The notes beneath the pieces are model-generated. The model was given only the letters and a program-made list of their open reading frames with translations, did not search any database and was not told where the DNA came from. From positions 1,024,001 to 1,088,000 of the forward strand of contig OZ246423.1 in NCBI GenBank assembly GCA_965231215.1: a stretch of 64,000 bases of DNA, written 5' to 3'. This document shows positions 10,690 to 20,012 of this stretch, piece by piece. Position numbers and translations under genes: made by a program. Source of the stretch: Candidatus Altimarinota bacterium (GTDB taxonomy: Bacteria > Patescibacteriota > Gracilibacteria > UBA4473). Position 1 is the first letter of the stretch, and every line of letters begins with the position of its first letter.

Positions 10690-11613
10690 TTATTTTAATT
10701 CTGGAGGCAGGGGAAAACGAAGCCCCGATTCATCTTTGGTGAGCACAACTTCAATAATTACTTCTGGATTTTTGGTTTTGGCTTTTTCAATTACTTGATT
10801 GACTAAACTATCAGGGACAGAAGCGCCCGAGGTAAGGCCGAGGTGTTTATGTTCAAAGATATGTTCAGGAATAGCCTCCACTGTATCATAGAGTTTAGCG
10901 TCCGTATCACACTTTTGGGACGTGACCACCATTTTATTAGAATTAGAAGAATTACTGGAGCCAATCACTACGATATAATCAGATTTTTTAGCTAAAACCT
11001 TCACCGCATCTTGTCGGTTTTGAGTAGCATAGCAGAGATCTCCAGGTTCTCTAAGGTGAGGAATTTTGGTCTTTAGTTTTTCAATAAGTATTTTAGTATC
11101 ATCTACCGATAAAGTAGTCTGGGTCAGGACTACACACTTTTTTTCTTTATATTTTGAACTCATTATTTGTTCAATATTTGATTCGTTCTCAATCAATATC
11201 ATAGGGGCCACATCGGTAACGCCAATGGCCTCTTGGTGTTTTTTTTGTCCGATATAAAAAATTTCGTATCCATCGTCATGAAATTTTTGAGCTTCCCAGT
11301 GAACCTTCGTGACCAAAGGGCACGTAGCGTCAATAAGGGTAATATTTTTTTGCTCGGCTTTTCGTCGGAAACTGGGAGCCGTTCCATGAGCCGACAAGAT
11401 ATATACAGCCCCTTCAGGAATGGCTTCTAGATTATCAGAAAAGGTTACGCCCTGAGAACGAAAAGATTCTACAACAGTTCGGTTATGTACGATTTCATGG
11501 TTCACCCAAAGAGGGGCATCAAAACGTGCCAAAGCTAAATTTACAATCTCGATGGCTCTTTCCACACCGGCGCAGAATCCTCGTGGAGAAGCCAGGTATA
11601 TTTTTTGGATCAT
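10690..11613 (-). CDS. ispH: HMBPP reductase (LytB)
   Basis: PRGFCAGVERA, IVHN, DATCPLVTKVH, CYATQNRQ, SSNS and TSGASVP. Confidence 0.97.
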   Translation of the reverse strand: MIQKIYLASPRGFCAGVERAIEIVNLALARFDAPLWVNHEIVHNRTVVESFRSQGVTFSDNLEAIPEGAVYILSAHGTAPSFRRKAEQKNITLIDATCPLVTKVHWEAQKFHDDGYEIFYIGQKKHQEAIGVTDVAPMILIENESNIEQIMSSKYKEKKCVVLTQTTLSVDDTKILIEKLKTKIPHLREPGDLCYATQNRQDAVKVLAKKSDYIVVIGSSNSSNSNKMVVTSQKCDTDAKLYDTVEAIPEHIFEHKHLGLTSGASVPDSLVNQVIEKAKTKNPEVIIEVVLTKDESGLRFPLPPELK

Positions 11614-12077
11614 TAGTTTGTATCACCTACAAAGCTAAACATAACCTTTCGTTCTCGTGGATGGTCTAATTCAACCATTAAAATTTGTTGCCAGGTGCCT
11701 AGCTGCATTTTGCCTTCCAGTACGGGGATAGTCTCAGAAGCACTTCCAAGAAGCATTTGTGCCACGTGTGAGTGCCCATTGAGACACTCTTCTTTAGAAA
11801 TAGGGCAGAGCGTAGCTGGATCTCGGATTTCCAGGTCATTGTGCTGGTAGCCCTCCTCACTAGGAGGCGCGATTTCTTCGCTTATGACTCGCTTAATGTC
11901 GTTGAAAAACCCAGCTTCATCTTCATTAATTTTTATGGCTACAGTGGTATGTTGTACGTACACATTGACGATTCCTTCCTTGGCCTTAATGTCTTTTAAA
12001 AATAGTTCCACGTGCGATGTAATATTTTCAATCGCAAAAAAATCCTTTGTCTGAAACGTTAATACCTTACTCTTCAT
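11613..12077 (-). CDS. yjbQ: YjbQ / UPF0047 family protein
   Basis: HTT..I.INE, NGHSH and LGTWQQILMVELDHPRER. Confidence 0.9.
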   Translation of the reverse strand: MKSKVLTFQTKDFFAIENITSHVELFLKDIKAKEGIVNVYVQHTTVAIKINEDEAGFFNDIKRVISEEIAPPSEEGYQHNDLEIRDPATLCPISKEECLNGHSHVAQMLLGSASETIPVLEGKMQLGTWQQILMVELDHPRERKVMFSFVGDTN

Positions 12078-12093
12078 ATGTTTTTACCGGCTG

Positions 12094-12121
12094 ATACTAG
12101 GTAAAATCTGCGGAGCGTCAA
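12094..12121 (-). promoter_or_regulatory. Putative promoter of the yjbQ-isp operon
   Basis: Minus strand TTGACG, 16 nt spacer, TAGTAT. Confidence 0.5.
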
Positions 12122-12176
12122 ATTTCAAAAACTTTGATTGAAAAAATTTAATAATAAGGCATTATGCCTTCTGAAA

Positions 12177-12767
12177 ATGTCAGAAGGAATGGGCGGTCTC
12201 GAGGATTTGATGATGGGCCAGGTGTCTGAAGAAGCAAAAGAGTCCGATGAACAAATACAGGCTCGTATTGCGGCGGCTCAGGCCAAACTTGCAAAAATTC
12301 GAAAAGATGAATCAAAGGCCAAAAATTTTGATGATATTTTGGCGAAACTAATTCCAAATTTAGCTGGAAATCACCTAGAGATGGTGATCTTTTTTATTAA
12401 CCATGAGGTACCAAGTTTGACGATTTTAGCGATTCTTTCTATCGGAAATGATGAAGCAGGAAAAGTGTGCTTTGTAGAATTTCAAGAGCAGATCAAACAC
12501 AAAGCGGACTTTTCAAGTGCTAAACTTCCAGCTAAAGCAGATGAAAAAGTGTCTTATTGGTGGACGTTTATTTATGCAGCTGATCATGTAACAACGGTAA
12601 CACGTTTAAAAGACCTCAGGGAGAATGTAGATTTTGTAAAAAAATGCTCACACTACCTTGGCGTGCTACTGCATGAATTTTTGATCAATAACAAAATTGA
12701 GAACTTTAACCAAAACGCGCTTAAAAAAATCCTCAAACAATACGAAACTCAGATTTTTGCAGAGTAG
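12177..12767 (+). CDS. Hypothetical protein (N-terminal coiled coil)
   Basis: ORF with ATG at 12177 (ORF track extends to a TTG at 12138); no recognised motif. Confidence 0.6.
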   Translation: MSEGMGGLEDLMMGQVSEEAKESDEQIQARIAAAQAKLAKIRKDESKAKNFDDILAKLIPNLAGNHLEMVIFFINHEVPSLTILAILSIGNDEAGKVCFVEFQEQIKHKADFSSAKLPAKADEKVSYWWTFIYAADHVTTVTRLKDLRENVDFVKKCSHYLGVLLHEFLINNKIENFNQNALKKILKQYETQIFAE

Positions 12768-12915
12768 GGCTTAAGGCTTTCCAAGATTGTTTATTATAAG
12801 TTTTTTCCATCTTTCTCGCCCTTTTATTATGAAATCTCTGTCCTTACGCTGCAGAGTGATTCCATAGTCTTCTTTTAAAATATTTTCATGTTTTTTATTT
12901 GAATGCCAAGGATTT

Positions 12916-14226
12916 TTACTTAATCACAAACTCTACAGAAAGAATTCTGTCTTCTTCGCACTCTTTGACTCTGAACACGAATTTTTTGCCTCTCTCGGTA
13001 AGGGATAAAGACTCTCCGACTTCTGGGAATTTCTCCATTTTTTCAAGCAAGAAAAGCCCAATGGTTTTGTTCTCGTCCTCTAGTTCCCACGGCCAGAATT
13101 CTGGTGTAGTTCCGTTCATTCTTTCCTTAATAAACTCTTCGAGTTGTTCTAGTTCTACTTCGCTACTAGCGGTAAAAGATTTTTTTCCAGATTGGCGAAT
13201 TTCAAGGCGCTCTTCGTCTTGCTCATCATGAATTTCCCCAAAGATTTCTTCCAGTACATCTTCTAAAGTGATCAGTCCTACTAAACCACCATGTTCATCA
13301 TAAACTATGGCCATATGAGTTTTTTCCTGACGAAACTCATTAAGGAGCGTATCAATCTTCATCGTTACCGGAATTTTGTAGGGTTTGTTGAGAGGCAGGT
13401 TCGCAACCTTGAGGTCTTTAAATCCTTTTTCACTCATTTTTCCAATAATGCCATGGACACTTAGAATTCCCGTAATTTGATCTAGTGTTTCATGATAGAC
13501 AGGGATTCGTGAAAACTTACACTCTCGAATTTCATCAAGGGCTTCTGTAATAGTAGCGTCGTCTTTGAAGGCTGTAATTTTTGACCGAGAGGTCATAACA
13601 TTTTCAACGGTATGCTCCCCAAATTCCAAGATTTTTTCGACCCATTCTTTTTCATCACGTTCAATTTTTCCTTCAGCTTCACTTAGCTCTAGAGCGGCTT
13701 TGAGCTCATCTTCGGTCAGGCCGTGTTGTTCCTCCTCTTCTCCAGAAACATTTTGTATAAATCTGGAAAGTGGAATAACAATCGGAGACAAAAGTATTTG
13801 TAACACAGCCAGAATTGGGGCAACAAAGAGTGAAAACCTTACCGCGTGTTTATGGGCTAAACTTTTAGGGGTGATTTCTCCAAAAAGTAATATCAGGAAT
13901 GTCATAATTCCCGTGACTACTCCCACGACCAAAGCTTCACTATTTCCAGCGCCAAAACTTTCAGCACTTTTGGTGGCCATGAGCGTAGCAATGGCAGAAG
14001 CCGCCACATTTACCACATTGTTACCAATCAAAATAGTTACTAGTAACTTCTGTGGATCGGCTTTAAGCGCTTCAAGCCGAGCGATAGCCTGCAGGGTTTT
14101 GGCTTTTTCTGTTTGTTTTTTGAGAGCTGCAATACGTTCTGCCCCAACGCTAAAGAGGGCAATTTCAGCTCCAGAAAAGAATCCAGATAGAATTAAAAGA
14201 AAAAACAGAAACAAAATTTCGTTCAT
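12916..14226 (-). CDS. CNNM/DUF21-CBS-CorC 'hemolysin family' Mg2+/Co2+ transporter
   Basis: LSGFFSGAEIALFS, TILIGNNVVN, FGEITPKSLA, FSRIPVY and DEHGGLVGLITLEDVLEEIFGEI. Confidence 0.92.
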   Translation of the reverse strand: MNEILFLFFLLILSGFFSGAEIALFSVGAERIAALKKQTEKAKTLQAIARLEALKADPQKLLVTILIGNNVVNVAASAIATLMATKSAESFGAGNSEALVVGVVTGIMTFLILLFGEITPKSLAHKHAVRFSLFVAPILAVLQILLSPIVIPLSRFIQNVSGEEEEQHGLTEDELKAALELSEAEGKIERDEKEWVEKILEFGEHTVENVMTSRSKITAFKDDATITEALDEIRECKFSRIPVYHETLDQITGILSVHGIIGKMSEKGFKDLKVANLPLNKPYKIPVTMKIDTLLNEFRQEKTHMAIVYDEHGGLVGLITLEDVLEEIFGEIHDEQDEERLEIRQSGKKSFTASSEVELEQLEEFIKERMNGTTPEFWPWELEDENKTIGLFLLEKMEKFPEVGESLSLTERGKKFVFRVKECEEDRILSVEFVIK

Positions 14227-14324
14227 AATTGAAAAATATTGATATCAAAAAAGGGTAGCTCATTGGAGCTATTGAAGTGTGTTTTCGGGAACAGCATCTC
14301 CCCAGGGTCGGGTTCGTCGGTCAT
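14223..14324 (-). CDS. Putative 33-aa leader peptide MTDEPDPGEMLFPKTHFNSSNELPFFDINIFQL (MgtL-like)
   Basis: Translated by hand. Its TGA overlaps the ATG of the CNNM gene (ATGA), and it lies downstream of a TTGACG-16-TAAACT promoter. Confidence 0.55.
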   Translation of the reverse strand: MTDEPDPGEMLFPKTHFNSSNELPFFDINIFQL

Positions 14325-14347
14325 TTTTTGCAAGTGTTGTAGAAGTT

Positions 14348-14375
14348 AGTTTAACCCAAAAAATGGCGTCGTCAA
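14348..14375 (-). promoter_or_regulatory. Putative promoter for leader ORF and CNNM gene
   Basis: Minus strand TTGACG (14375-14370), 16 nt spacer, TAAACT (14353-14348). Confidence 0.55.
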
Positions 14376-14455
14376 AAAATAATTAGTTTAGCCAAAAATG
14401 AAAAAACTCTATATTTTTTTTTGCATCAAGGCGCTTTACGATACAATGAAAACAC

Positions 14456-15562
14456 ATGAAAGTTGTTATCCCACAAAACGATCTTTTGGAGAGTCTTAAA
14501 ACCGTTTCTAGAGCGGTTTCCAGCGCCAACACGCTTCCGGTGCTTGGCAATATTTTAATCAAAGCTCAAGGTAAAAAATTATATTTAGCTGCTACAAATT
14601 TAGAGATATCGATTTCTACCTCAGTAGAAGCCGATATAAAAAATGAAGGAGCCATTACGGTTCCCGCTAAGGTTTTGACTTCTTATACCTCTCTTTTAGG
14701 AAAAGAAGAAGATATTGAACTTAAAGTGGTTGATGGAACAGCTCTAGAGCTTAACTCGAAAAGCTCCAAAACCAAAATTAAAGGCATTGCAGCTGATGAA
14801 TTTCCAGAGATTGCCCGAGTAGATGGAGGGACTAAACTTGATATAGAAGCTGGTACCTTCCGAGAAACGGTACACGAAGTGGCTTTTGCCGCCCAAGAAA
14901 ATTCTTCTCGCCCCATTTTAGCTGGGGTATACCTTGCGGCAAAAGGAACAGAGCTAAAAGTTGCGGCTACAGATTCTTATAGACTATCAGAGAAAAAAGT
15001 AACCCTGCCTTCAGATGTAGGGGAAGTGATTTGTGTGATACCCGTGAGAGCTTTTTTAGAGGCCGACAGATTAGCTTCTCAACACGAAGAAAATATTACC
15101 GTTACGGTTTCTGAAAACCAAGTCATGTTTAGTGTGGGCGGAACAGAACTTGTTTCTAGGCTCATCGAAGGACAATTCCCTCCCTATGAACAGATATTGC
15201 CCTCAAGCCACAAAACTTCCGTGGAAGTAGACAAAGAAGCGCTTGGTCTGGCTGTGCGAAGGGTCTCAATCTTCGCCAAAGAAAACAACCAACATATGAA
15301 ATTAGAATTCCTTAACGATGGAACCATGAGTGTGTCGACAGACGCGACTCAAATAGGAGAAGAAAAAACAACAATTCCGGTAAAGATTGATGGAGACACC
15401 AACGTTATTGCCCTTAATGCCGACTACGTGCTAGATGTGCTTGGCGCCATGGGAAGTGATGAAAAAGTGGCTTTAGAGATTGAAGGGAAGATGAATCCAG
15501 CGGTTTTTAAGCGAATTGGAAAAGCTGACTTTGTGCATTTGATCATGCCATTGAAAGTATAG
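14456..15562 (+). CDS. dnaN: DNA polymerase III beta clamp
   Basis: LPVLGNIL, ATNLEI, RPILAGV, ATDSYRL, SRLIEGQFPPYEQILP and LIMPLK. Confidence 0.97.
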   Translation: MKVVIPQNDLLESLKTVSRAVSSANTLPVLGNILIKAQGKKLYLAATNLEISISTSVEADIKNEGAITVPAKVLTSYTSLLGKEEDIELKVVDGTALELNSKSSKTKIKGIAADEFPEIARVDGGTKLDIEAGTFRETVHEVAFAAQENSSRPILAGVYLAAKGTELKVAATDSYRLSEKKVTLPSDVGEVICVIPVRAFLEADRLASQHEENITVTVSENQVMFSVGGTELVSRLIEGQFPPYEQILPSSHKTSVEVDKEALGLAVRRVSIFAKENNQHMKLEFLNDGTMSVSTDATQIGEEKTTIPVKIDGDTNVIALNADYVLDVLGAMGSDEKVALEIEGKMNPAVFKRIGKADFVHLIMPLKV

Positions 15563-15678
15563 AAAAACTTGCATTTCCCCAAAGATCTTTATAATCAGGC
15601 CAACGAATGCATATTCTTCGTCCGTTTTTTGTATGTTAGCCCCCTTTAACTAAGCCTCAAGCGCTTGGTTTCTTCAAT

Positions 15679-18600
15679 ATGTCGGTCATTGAGAAAATTA
15701 AAAATTTACCTTTTAACCTTGATTTGAGCGAACCGCTCAAGTACTTAGAGGATCATAAAAATCTCACACTCGTAAATGTAGGGAACACCGCCGCAAAGTC
15801 TTTTTTGATTGCAGAGATGCTCCGTCACACACCATTCAAAAATATTTTCTGGGCCAGTACCGATGAGCGGATGGATGACCTGTATCCCTCTGCCTTTTTA
15901 TGGTTTGGACATTCCATCGTGAAGATTCCATCGGAGTTTAGCTATGCGAAGTTTTACCAACTTCTCAAAGCCCTTGAATCCAAAGAGCAAAACCTCTTTC
16001 TCTTTGAAGATTTTGCGGCCTATTTAGAACACAAATTTCCTACAAAAAAGGAGCTCGAAGATTCAAAAATTGTGTTAAAGAAAGGAGAATCTATAAAAAT
16101 TTATGAACTGTTTGAACGACTAGAAAAACAAGGGTATCGCCCAGCTGAAGATGACCTATTAAACCCTGGAGAATTTTTACGAAAAGGGGAGAGTTTCTTT
16201 TTGTATCCTATAAATGCTTTTGCGTGTCTACGGATCACACTCTTTGGTGATGAAATTGAAGATATTGAGGTGTATCCTCAAACCACAGATAAAGAAAAAA
16301 CCAAGTCAGAATCTCTAAAGTTGTGTGAAATTTTCCCGGCTGATTTTAAGGATAATTCCCAGCACGGAAGTTTTTTAGAGTGGTTGGGAGAAGATGAAGG
16401 GAATTTATTTATTGCGGATGATTTAGAAAAAGACATCTGCGGAGAAAGGAATTTTCATAAAGTGAAATTTACGACCTTTCCAGAAAATACAGAAAAGTTT
16501 TTTCACCTAAATTTCTTTTCCGTGCTGCCTTTTTACACTATTCCAGATTTTGTAGTAGAACTCAAAGAGCGACTTCGTCGAGAATTTAGTGTGGTCATCC
16601 TCACCAAAAAATTCACCGAAATTCACAACGTTTTTAAAGAATACGAAGTTATGCACACAGAGGACTTAAACCAAAGGGCGCCCTCTACCGTGCATATTGT
16701 AAAACTGGGGAAAGAAGACTTCATGCCACACTCTTTCCAAAACAATGAAAAGAAACTGCTGCTTTTGACCGATCGTGAAATCTTTCAGTTCAAACGAACC
16801 TCGCGTCAGAAAAAAGCCATTTCTGGAATGAACTTTGACCTGATTAACTCGCTCAAACCAAGTGACTTTGTGGTACATTTAGACCATGGGATTGCTCAGT
16901 TTGAAGGGATCGTTAGGCGCCAAGTGCAGGAAGGGATGCGGGAATACCTCAAACTTAAATATGCCGGTTCTGATAAGCTCTTTGTACCGGTTGAGTCAGC
17001 TGAAAAAGTTTCAAAATTTGTAGGAAATGATGATCCCAGGCTTACCAAACTGGGAGGAGCCGAGTGGCAAACGCTTCAGCGAAAGATCAAAGCTGAAACT
17101 GAAAAAGTCGCCAAAGAATTACTCAAAATTTACGCCGCCAGAGAACTCGCGAGAGGCAACAAGTTCACGCCTAATGACGATATGATGGATGATTTTTGTG
17201 CGGGGTTCCCGTATGAACTCACCCCAGGGCAACGTCAGGCTTGGGAAGACGTGCGAATGGATATGGAGCACAAAAAACCTATGGATCGTTTGGTCTGTGG
17301 AGATGTGGGATTCGGAAAAACTGAAATCGCTATGAGAGCCGCCTTTAAAGCCTTTCGGTCTGGATATCAATGCGCGTTGCTGGCGCCTATTACAATCCTG
17401 GCCGAACAGCACTATCAGAGTTTTATTAAACGCATTGTCGGTAAAAACTATGGCGTGCGGGTAGAGCTGATGTCACGGTTCCAGAGTGTAGCCGAACAGA
17501 AAAAAATTTTAAAAGATCTAGAATTTGGATTAGTGGATATTGTAATTGGAACCCACAGACTTCTCTCTGAAGATGTAAAATTTAAAAACCTAGGACTCTT
17601 GGTTATTGATGAAGAACAGCGGTTTGGAGTGAAACAAAAAGAACGCCTTAAAGGACTACGGTCTGATGTAGATATTTTAACTTTGACAGCGACGCCCATT
17701 CCACGAACCCTTCATATGGGACTCAATAAACTCAAAGATGTTTCTACCATCACCACCCCGCCACCAGGGCGATTACCAGTGGTAACGGAAGTTCGGAAAT
17801 ATAACCTCAATCTTATCGCTGAACGCATTATGTTTGAGAAAGAAAGAGGCGGACAAGTGTATTTTCTCCACAATGAGGTGCGAACCATTGAATCCCTCAA
17901 ACAGCAGCTAGAGTCACTCATGCCCAGTATTAATTTTATTGTCGCGCATGGACAGTTGACGCCTCAGGAACTAGAAAACCGAATTAGAAAATTCAAAGAT
18001 GGAAATGTTGATGTGCTCATTGCTTCAACCATCATTGAGAATGGAATTGATCTCCCAAATGCCAATACCTTACTAGTAAACAAAGCCGAAAAATTTGGAC
18101 TCTCACAGCTATATCAACTGCGTGGACGAGTAGGACGAGGGCGAACTCAAGCCTATGCCTATTTCCTCTACCAGGGACAAAAATTAGAGATTGATGCGCG
18201 TAAACGCTTACGAGCCATTGTAGAAGCGTCAGAACTGGGAGCGGGTTTCCAAATCGCCATGAAAGATTTAGAAATTCGTGGAGCCGGAGAGATTTTAGGA
18301 GCCAACCAATCTGGAGCCATGAAAGATACCGGAGTCTCTCACTTTGTGCGGATGCTCAATAAAACCGTCGAAGAAATGAAGTCTGGAGCCATTGCCTCAG
18401 AGGTAGAGGAAGAAGAAAATGTAACGGTAGAAATTCCGCTTTCGGCCTATATTCCACCGCACTTTATCCCGAATGCGGATGAAAAAATCCAGGTGTATCA
18501 AGAACTCGCTTCTAGTGAGAATGAAACGCACCTTGAAGATATCAAAAAAGACCTCAAAGAAGACTACGGAGTATTGCCCATAGAGGTAGAAAATTTGTGT

Positions 18601-18882
18601 AAAGTTATTGCCCTAAAACTAGCGCTTAAAGAAGCCAACATGTCAGCTGTACGTGTGCATAAACTCTCACACAAAGCCTTTGAAATTACTCTCCGGATGG
18701 GGAAAAAATTCCAACCAGACCAGCTCTTTAATCTCATCGGGAAATCTACTAAAAAGTGGGTCATTACGGCCAATGCGATTAAACTCAACCTCGATAAACT
18801 ACCGGTTACTTGGTACCAAGAGTTACTGGCCGATAGTAAATTACTGATACCGCCAAAGGGGGTGAAGAAAAAAAAGGATTAG
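15679..18882 (+). CDS. mfd: Transcription-repair coupling factor
   Basis: VVHLDHGI, DRLVCGDVGFGKTEIA, DEEQRFGV, TATPIPRTL, QLYQLRGRVGR and DLEIRGAGEILG; TRCF C-terminal domain. Confidence 0.97.
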   Translation: MSVIEKIKNLPFNLDLSEPLKYLEDHKNLTLVNVGNTAAKSFLIAEMLRHTPFKNIFWASTDERMDDLYPSAFLWFGHSIVKIPSEFSYAKFYQLLKALESKEQNLFLFEDFAAYLEHKFPTKKELEDSKIVLKKGESIKIYELFERLEKQGYRPAEDDLLNPGEFLRKGESFFLYPINAFACLRITLFGDEIEDIEVYPQTTDKEKTKSESLKLCEIFPADFKDNSQHGSFLEWLGEDEGNLFIADDLEKDICGERNFHKVKFTTFPENTEKFFHLNFFSVLPFYTIPDFVVELKERLRREFSVVILTKKFTEIHNVFKEYEVMHTEDLNQRAPSTVHIVKLGKEDFMPHSFQNNEKKLLLLTDREIFQFKRTSRQKKAISGMNFDLINSLKPSDFVVHLDHGIAQFEGIVRRQVQEGMREYLKLKYAGSDKLFVPVESAEKVSKFVGNDDPRLTKLGGAEWQTLQRKIKAETEKVAKELLKIYAARELARGNKFTPNDDMMDDFCAGFPYELTPGQRQAWEDVRMDMEHKKPMDRLVCGDVGFGKTEIAMRAAFKAFRSGYQCALLAPITILAEQHYQSFIKRIVGKNYGVRVELMSRFQSVAEQKKILKDLEFGLVDIVIGTHRLLSEDVKFKNLGLLVIDEEQRFGVKQKERLKGLRSDVDILTLTATPIPRTLHMGLNKLKDVSTITTPPPGRLPVVTEVRKYNLNLIAERIMFEKERGGQVYFLHNEVRTIESLKQQLESLMPSINFIVAHGQLTPQELENRIRKFKDGNVDVLIASTIIENGIDLPNANTLLVNKAEKFGLSQLYQLRGRVGRGRTQAYAYFLYQGQKLEIDARKRLRAIVEASELGAGFQIAMKDLEIRGAGEILGANQSGAMKDTGVSHFVRMLNKTVEEMKSGAIASEVEEEENVTVEIPLSAYIPPHFIPNADEKIQVYQELASSENETHLEDIKKDLKEDYGVLPIEVENLCKVIALKLALKEANMSAVRVHKLSHKAFEITLRMGKKFQPDQLFNLIGKSTKKWVITANAIKLNLDKLPVTWYQELLADSKLLIPPKGVKKKKD

Positions 18883-18894
18883 CTTATATTCGTA

Positions 18895-18960
18895 TGCCAT
18901 CCTCCGAATAGAGGATATTCTGAATTTTAGTGATGAGATTCTCTTCAAGCGAGAATGACG
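18895..18960. repeat. REP-like twin-hairpin element between convergent genes
   Basis: TGCCATCCTC-cgaata-GAGGAT ... GATTCTC-ttcaagc-GAGAATGAC; same layout as the element at 63375-63449. Confidence 0.5.
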
Positions 18961-18964
18961 TTTT

Positions 18965-19951
18965 TTATTTCTTTTGTAAAAGACTGAAATCTCCTTCAGG
19001 ATTATTGAGTAGGCATCTGACTCTATCTCCAAATTTTCTAAATCGTGGTATCATCCAACTTTTAACGACAATATAGCCTCCTGAATGAGTGAGCTTAAAG
19101 AGTTCTTCTGGAGCACTGCCTTGTGGAGATTGATCAGATTCAGCAAACGTTAAATCATAAGTTTCGTAATCTATTTCCTCTGGCACATTTTCTCCAATAA
19201 ACCAATTTACAAGACGAGTAGTCTTATTTCCCCTAGTGGCAAACTCCCATTGATCGGTTTTATTGGCACTCTGAGTCCAAAATTGATCCCAAGGTGTTAT
19301 TTTTTCTGGGTTTTGTATTCCAAAACCTTTTAATTTTTCTAACACGCCTTTTTCATAAAACTTATTACCCTCGGGGTTGCTATTATTACCTTTATAGTCG
19401 CAATCAACATAATCCCAATTTCCTAAAGTTGGTGGATTTCTAAATTCCTCTTCGGTACCGTTACATATCATCCGAAAAGTTGGTGAACCTGTCGCTGAAA
19501 ATAAAAAAATACCTTTAAAGTCTTCTCCCAAGTGCTCACAGAGTTTTTGAAAAAAGCGGGATTCACATTTTCTAAAGCCACTGTATAGAGCTTCTTCAAT
19601 TACGTCAGTAAGTGACTTTCTAAAATGCATTCTCAATTTAGTTTGTTGGAGTGAAAATTCATCTCTGTAAGCTGTACGACCAAAAAAATTACGAACTACA
19701 TATTGATTTCCATTAAAGCCTTCAGGAATATTTTGGTAGTCATATCGTTTTTTGACTGCAAACCCTAAATTATCAAAAACTTTACCAACCACATCATCAG
19801 GCGAGATACCTGTCTTTTGCCAATCTTTGATTTGTCTTTTTATAGGCCCTAAAAGCTCTTGTCTTACTTTAGAGTAACGTTTTTCGGCACTAATTAAGTT
19901 GCTGTAATCTGTACCTAGAAAATCAAGGAAGGAATCAATTTTAAACGGCAT
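18965..19951 (-). CDS. Hypothetical protein
   Basis: 328-aa ORF; the C-terminal 'YDLTF...LFKLTHSGGYIVV' weakly recalls a methyltransferase strand motif. Confidence 0.55.
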   Translation of the reverse strand: MPFKIDSFLDFLGTDYSNLISAEKRYSKVRQELLGPIKRQIKDWQKTGISPDDVVGKVFDNLGFAVKKRYDYQNIPEGFNGNQYVVRNFFGRTAYRDEFSLQQTKLRMHFRKSLTDVIEEALYSGFRKCESRFFQKLCEHLGEDFKGIFLFSATGSPTFRMICNGTEEEFRNPPTLGNWDYVDCDYKGNNSNPEGNKFYEKGVLEKLKGFGIQNPEKITPWDQFWTQSANKTDQWEFATRGNKTTRLVNWFIGENVPEEIDYETYDLTFAESDQSPQGSAPEELFKLTHSGGYIVVKSWMIPRFRKFGDRVRCLLNNPEGDFSLLQKK

Positions 19952-20012
19952 TTAAACCTTGTCTAAATTCTTTTCTTATGTTAAAATAATAAAAATAAAA
20001 TTAAAGTCAAAT

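Noticed and set aside
12771-12920. Short minus-strand open frame (..HENILKEDYGITLQRKDRDFIIKGRERWKK..)
   Set aside because: No in-frame ATG; at most a gene remnant that I cannot identify.
13565-14242. 225-aa plus-strand ORF and the many other short antisense ORFs in the track
   Set aside because: They are shadows of well-supported genes on the opposite strand and carry no motifs.
14240-14340. Known riboswitch (M-box or yybP-ykoY) upstream of the CNNM gene
   Set aside because: I could not find their conserved motifs; a leader ORF explains the region better. An Rfam/Infernal scan would settle it.
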